DNA of 63,054 nucleotides, filler included, from Licmophora abbreviata (lineage: Eukaryota), in NCBI GenBank assembly GCA_900291995.1. It is 12 parts of 12 records of this genome, joined end to end, with 100 filler letters (N's around TTAATTAATTAA, not from the genome) between each part and the next. Parts side by side here need not be neighbours in the genome. Positions count along the whole stretch, not along the records: positions 60,831 to 63,054 come from OLMU01002121.1; 11 more parts are not named here. One strand, written 5' to 3'. The stretch's first letter is position 1; each line of letters begins with the position of its first letter. This document shows positions 60,831 through 63,054 of the stretch, one piece after another. The notes beneath the pieces were generated by a model. That model was not told where the DNA came from. It saw only the letters and a list, made by a program, of their open reading frames with translations, and made no database searches. A program made the position numbers and the translations under genes.

Positions 60831-61238
60831 TTCCAGGACATCATTGATGTACTCCTTGAAAAGGCGCGTGTAGACGTTGAGAAGTTGAAGGGCCTGTTCT
60901 TCTGACATTTCATTGATAGAATCTTCGTCGAGGAGTGAGAGCGATGTTGACGAGGAGCAAGAAGACACTGAAGCATTCTCCAGTAGCGATTCGATGGAGC
61001 TCTCGAGGGTGCCTTGAAGCAGTTCGAGTTCGGCAAGGCTGCGCTGCAAATACACATTGTCGCGTGCGAGAAACGAAATGTCGAGCGAAGGGTCTGACGC
61101 CGCCTTTTGTTCGGCAATACAATGTAACTGGGCAAGCTGTATCCTGTTTTCCAACATTCTGCCGACGATCTCTTGGAGTAGATGGAGCTCTCCAAGCGAA
61201 GAATTTTCAAAGAATGAGTTCATGGTTGGGATGGACAA
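60831..61238 (-). CDS. 5' fragment of a hypothetical coiled-coil protein
   Basis: The ORF stays open into the gap and has a helical composition. Confidence 0.4.
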
Positions 61239-61894
61239 TGAACAACGAGATGGATCAGACTGTCTCGACCGCTCACACCCTTCGATCGATGAGAGAAAAG
61301 GTAGGCGACAGGAGGAATGGAAGAGTATGAGAAAAGGAAGAAAGGCGAAGGTACGCCCGAAGCGTCAAGATCGTCTCGTGTCGCGTGTACTTTGTCACTC
61401 TAGAGTGAATTTGATGTAGTGGATGGTGGATGCGCGAATGCAGAGGTGAACCTCCGCTTCATCCCTCCGGGTATTATACGATTTATCCCGCGCTGAAGTG
61501 AATTTCGTGATGAGGTTCGCGGCTCTCGGCTTTACTATGGATTTTTGAGTGGACGTCATACTCCGATGCCCTCTCATTCTTGAGAAGGAAAAAGATTAAA
61601 TTTATAAGTAGAATGGCCTGCGCGCGTGCGAAAGCTACACTATGTCTTTGTCCGTGCGTTGCCCGGCGGTGCTGTGGCTGGCGGACTCTGAGCGGCTGGC
61701 AGGAAATCAAAGTTTGAAGTTTGAAGTTCTGCAGGGGCACAGCGCGCAGATCCACAGAGAGCACACAGCATCACGAGAATCTTCGAGCTGCTGCAGGCAC
61801 ATCGTCGCTGCCTTGCTGGAACAAAGTGCACTTTGGGGGGTAAACGGAAGGCTCCTTTGTACTGACACGTCACGGATAACGAATACTGGAAAAG

Positions 61895-63054
61895 ATGGTG
61901 GAAAGAATGAGAGTTTGTAGTGCCTACTTTGTGTGTTTGGGGGTCCTCTCCACTGGGTGCTTGATTTCAGGATTTGTCATCCCAGCGTCGTCATTTGTAA
62001 ATACTCGGGGGGATCCCAGAGAAGCTGCTTCTGGTATGCCCTTTTCATCTGGACCCTCGCTAGGTATGGCCTCTTCAATTCCCACCCTGGACGACTGGGA
62101 ACTCATGGAGGATGGCTCAGTGGTAGGCACCGTCTCGAATCACCACAGTATTGAAGACGGCGACATGGTTGCCACCTCCCCCATTGTCGACCCCAACAAG
62201 GCGCGCCCACTCGCCATTATCACGACCATGTCGGGATCGCAATACAAATTAGGGGTCCCGTCTTTGCCTAAGTCAAGAGACGACAACTCAGCATCCCAAA
62301 ACCTCTTTGGGAAGATATCGCAGTCTATTGCCGTAGATCCACAAAAGGCCTTCAAGGATGCTCAGCGGGTCGCGAAGCTTCAATTTAGGCGGATTCTGAA
62401 AACGCCATTTGTCGATTCGACTTATTCTTCGCCAGAGCGCAGTGGATTTGACTTACTGGACGCGGGTGCTGGAGGTACAAATTGGAATGAAAAGGATGTC
62501 TTGATGGAAGCCAAGAGGGCCGCCAAGTCTATGTATCAGACGGCTCTGGGAAAAGCACAGCGCGCCGCCAGGTCCAAGTACGATCTCAATGGACTAGAGA
62601 TTGGAAGGTATCTACTCAGCGGTGATCCTATCGAAAGCACATCCGGCAAGAGTCAAATATGGACAGCGTATCAGACCGATGACGATGGACTGCCCACGGG
62701 AGAGGCAGTTGTCGTTAAGGTATCAGCGGTGCAGGATGCATTGGAGAGAGAATACGGTAACTACAGCGTCATCACACGGGGTGGCTCCAACCAACACCAG
62801 TTTGTCCAGTGCCATGATTATTTTCCAGACGTTTCTGATAGGACAAGCTGCCGAACGTCCAAGCGACAGTTTCGTAGTCAGTGCGCGCTTGTTCTGGAAA
62901 GAGGCACGGACGATTTGAAGACGTTTGTGGGGCGGCATGGACGTGGTCTGCAAGGGCCCGCCCTGCGTGACGCTGCCATGGCGGCAGCACAGTGCTTGCA
63001 AGCTCTGCACTCTGCCAATATGGTATGGACCGACTTGAAGACGGAGAATTTCAT
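61895..63054 (+). CDS. Ser/Thr protein kinase-like, putatively plastid-targeted, truncated by the window end
   Basis: Absent from the ORF track. Frame from ATG 61895 gives signal-like ...CLISG-FVIP, then GKSQIWTAY, VVVKVS, ALVLERG and LHSANMVWTDLKTENF. Confidence 0.8.
   Translation, partial: MVERMRVCSAYFVCLGVLSTGCLISGFVIPASSFVNTRGDPREAASGMPFSSGPSLGMASSIPTLDDWELMEDGSVVGTVSNHHSIEDGDMVATSPIVDPNKARPLAIITTMSGSQYKLGVPSLPKSRDDNSASQNLFGKISQSIAVDPQKAFKDAQRVAKLQFRRILKTPFVDSTYSSPERSGFDLLDAGAGGTNWNEKDVLMEAKRAAKSMYQTALGKAQRAARSKYDLNGLEIGRYLLSGDPIESTSGKSQIWTAYQTDDDGLPTGEAVVVKVSAVQDALEREYGNYSVITRGGSNQHQFVQCHDYFPDVSDRTSCRTSKRQFRSQCALVLERGTDDLKTFVGRHGRGLQGPALRDAAMAAAQCLQALHSANMVWTDLKTENF

Overview
This is a gene-dense eukaryotic nuclear scaffold, very probably from a diatom. 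The evidence is short GT-AG introns, a plastid glutamine synthetase II with the ASAFAP bipartite targeting motif, and diatom-type STAND ATPase and PPR-like genes. About 38 protein-coding genes or fragments are supported. Eleven ~100-nt gaps carry an artificial N-TTAATTAATTAA-N linker, some gaps are flanked by duplicated allelic sequence, and several genes have single-base frameshifts that may be assembly errors. The top finding is a selenoprotein that the ORF track splits in two (34079-34666). It is a SelL-like thioredoxin-fold protein with two in-frame TGAs forming a U-L-P-U motif, followed by a candidate SECIS with an unusually long apical stem and a duplicated core. Other highlights are a probable isochorismatase/GSI-like (FluG-type) fusion divergent from a bacterial-type MFS transporter and near GSII, a TatD-associated radical-SAM homolog that has lost its CxxxCxxC motif, several bacterial-like genes, and a polytopic membrane protein with about 12 EGF-like repeats. 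No tRNA, rRNA, CRISPR array or transposon was recognised. All family assignments come from motif recognition by eye, not database searches.
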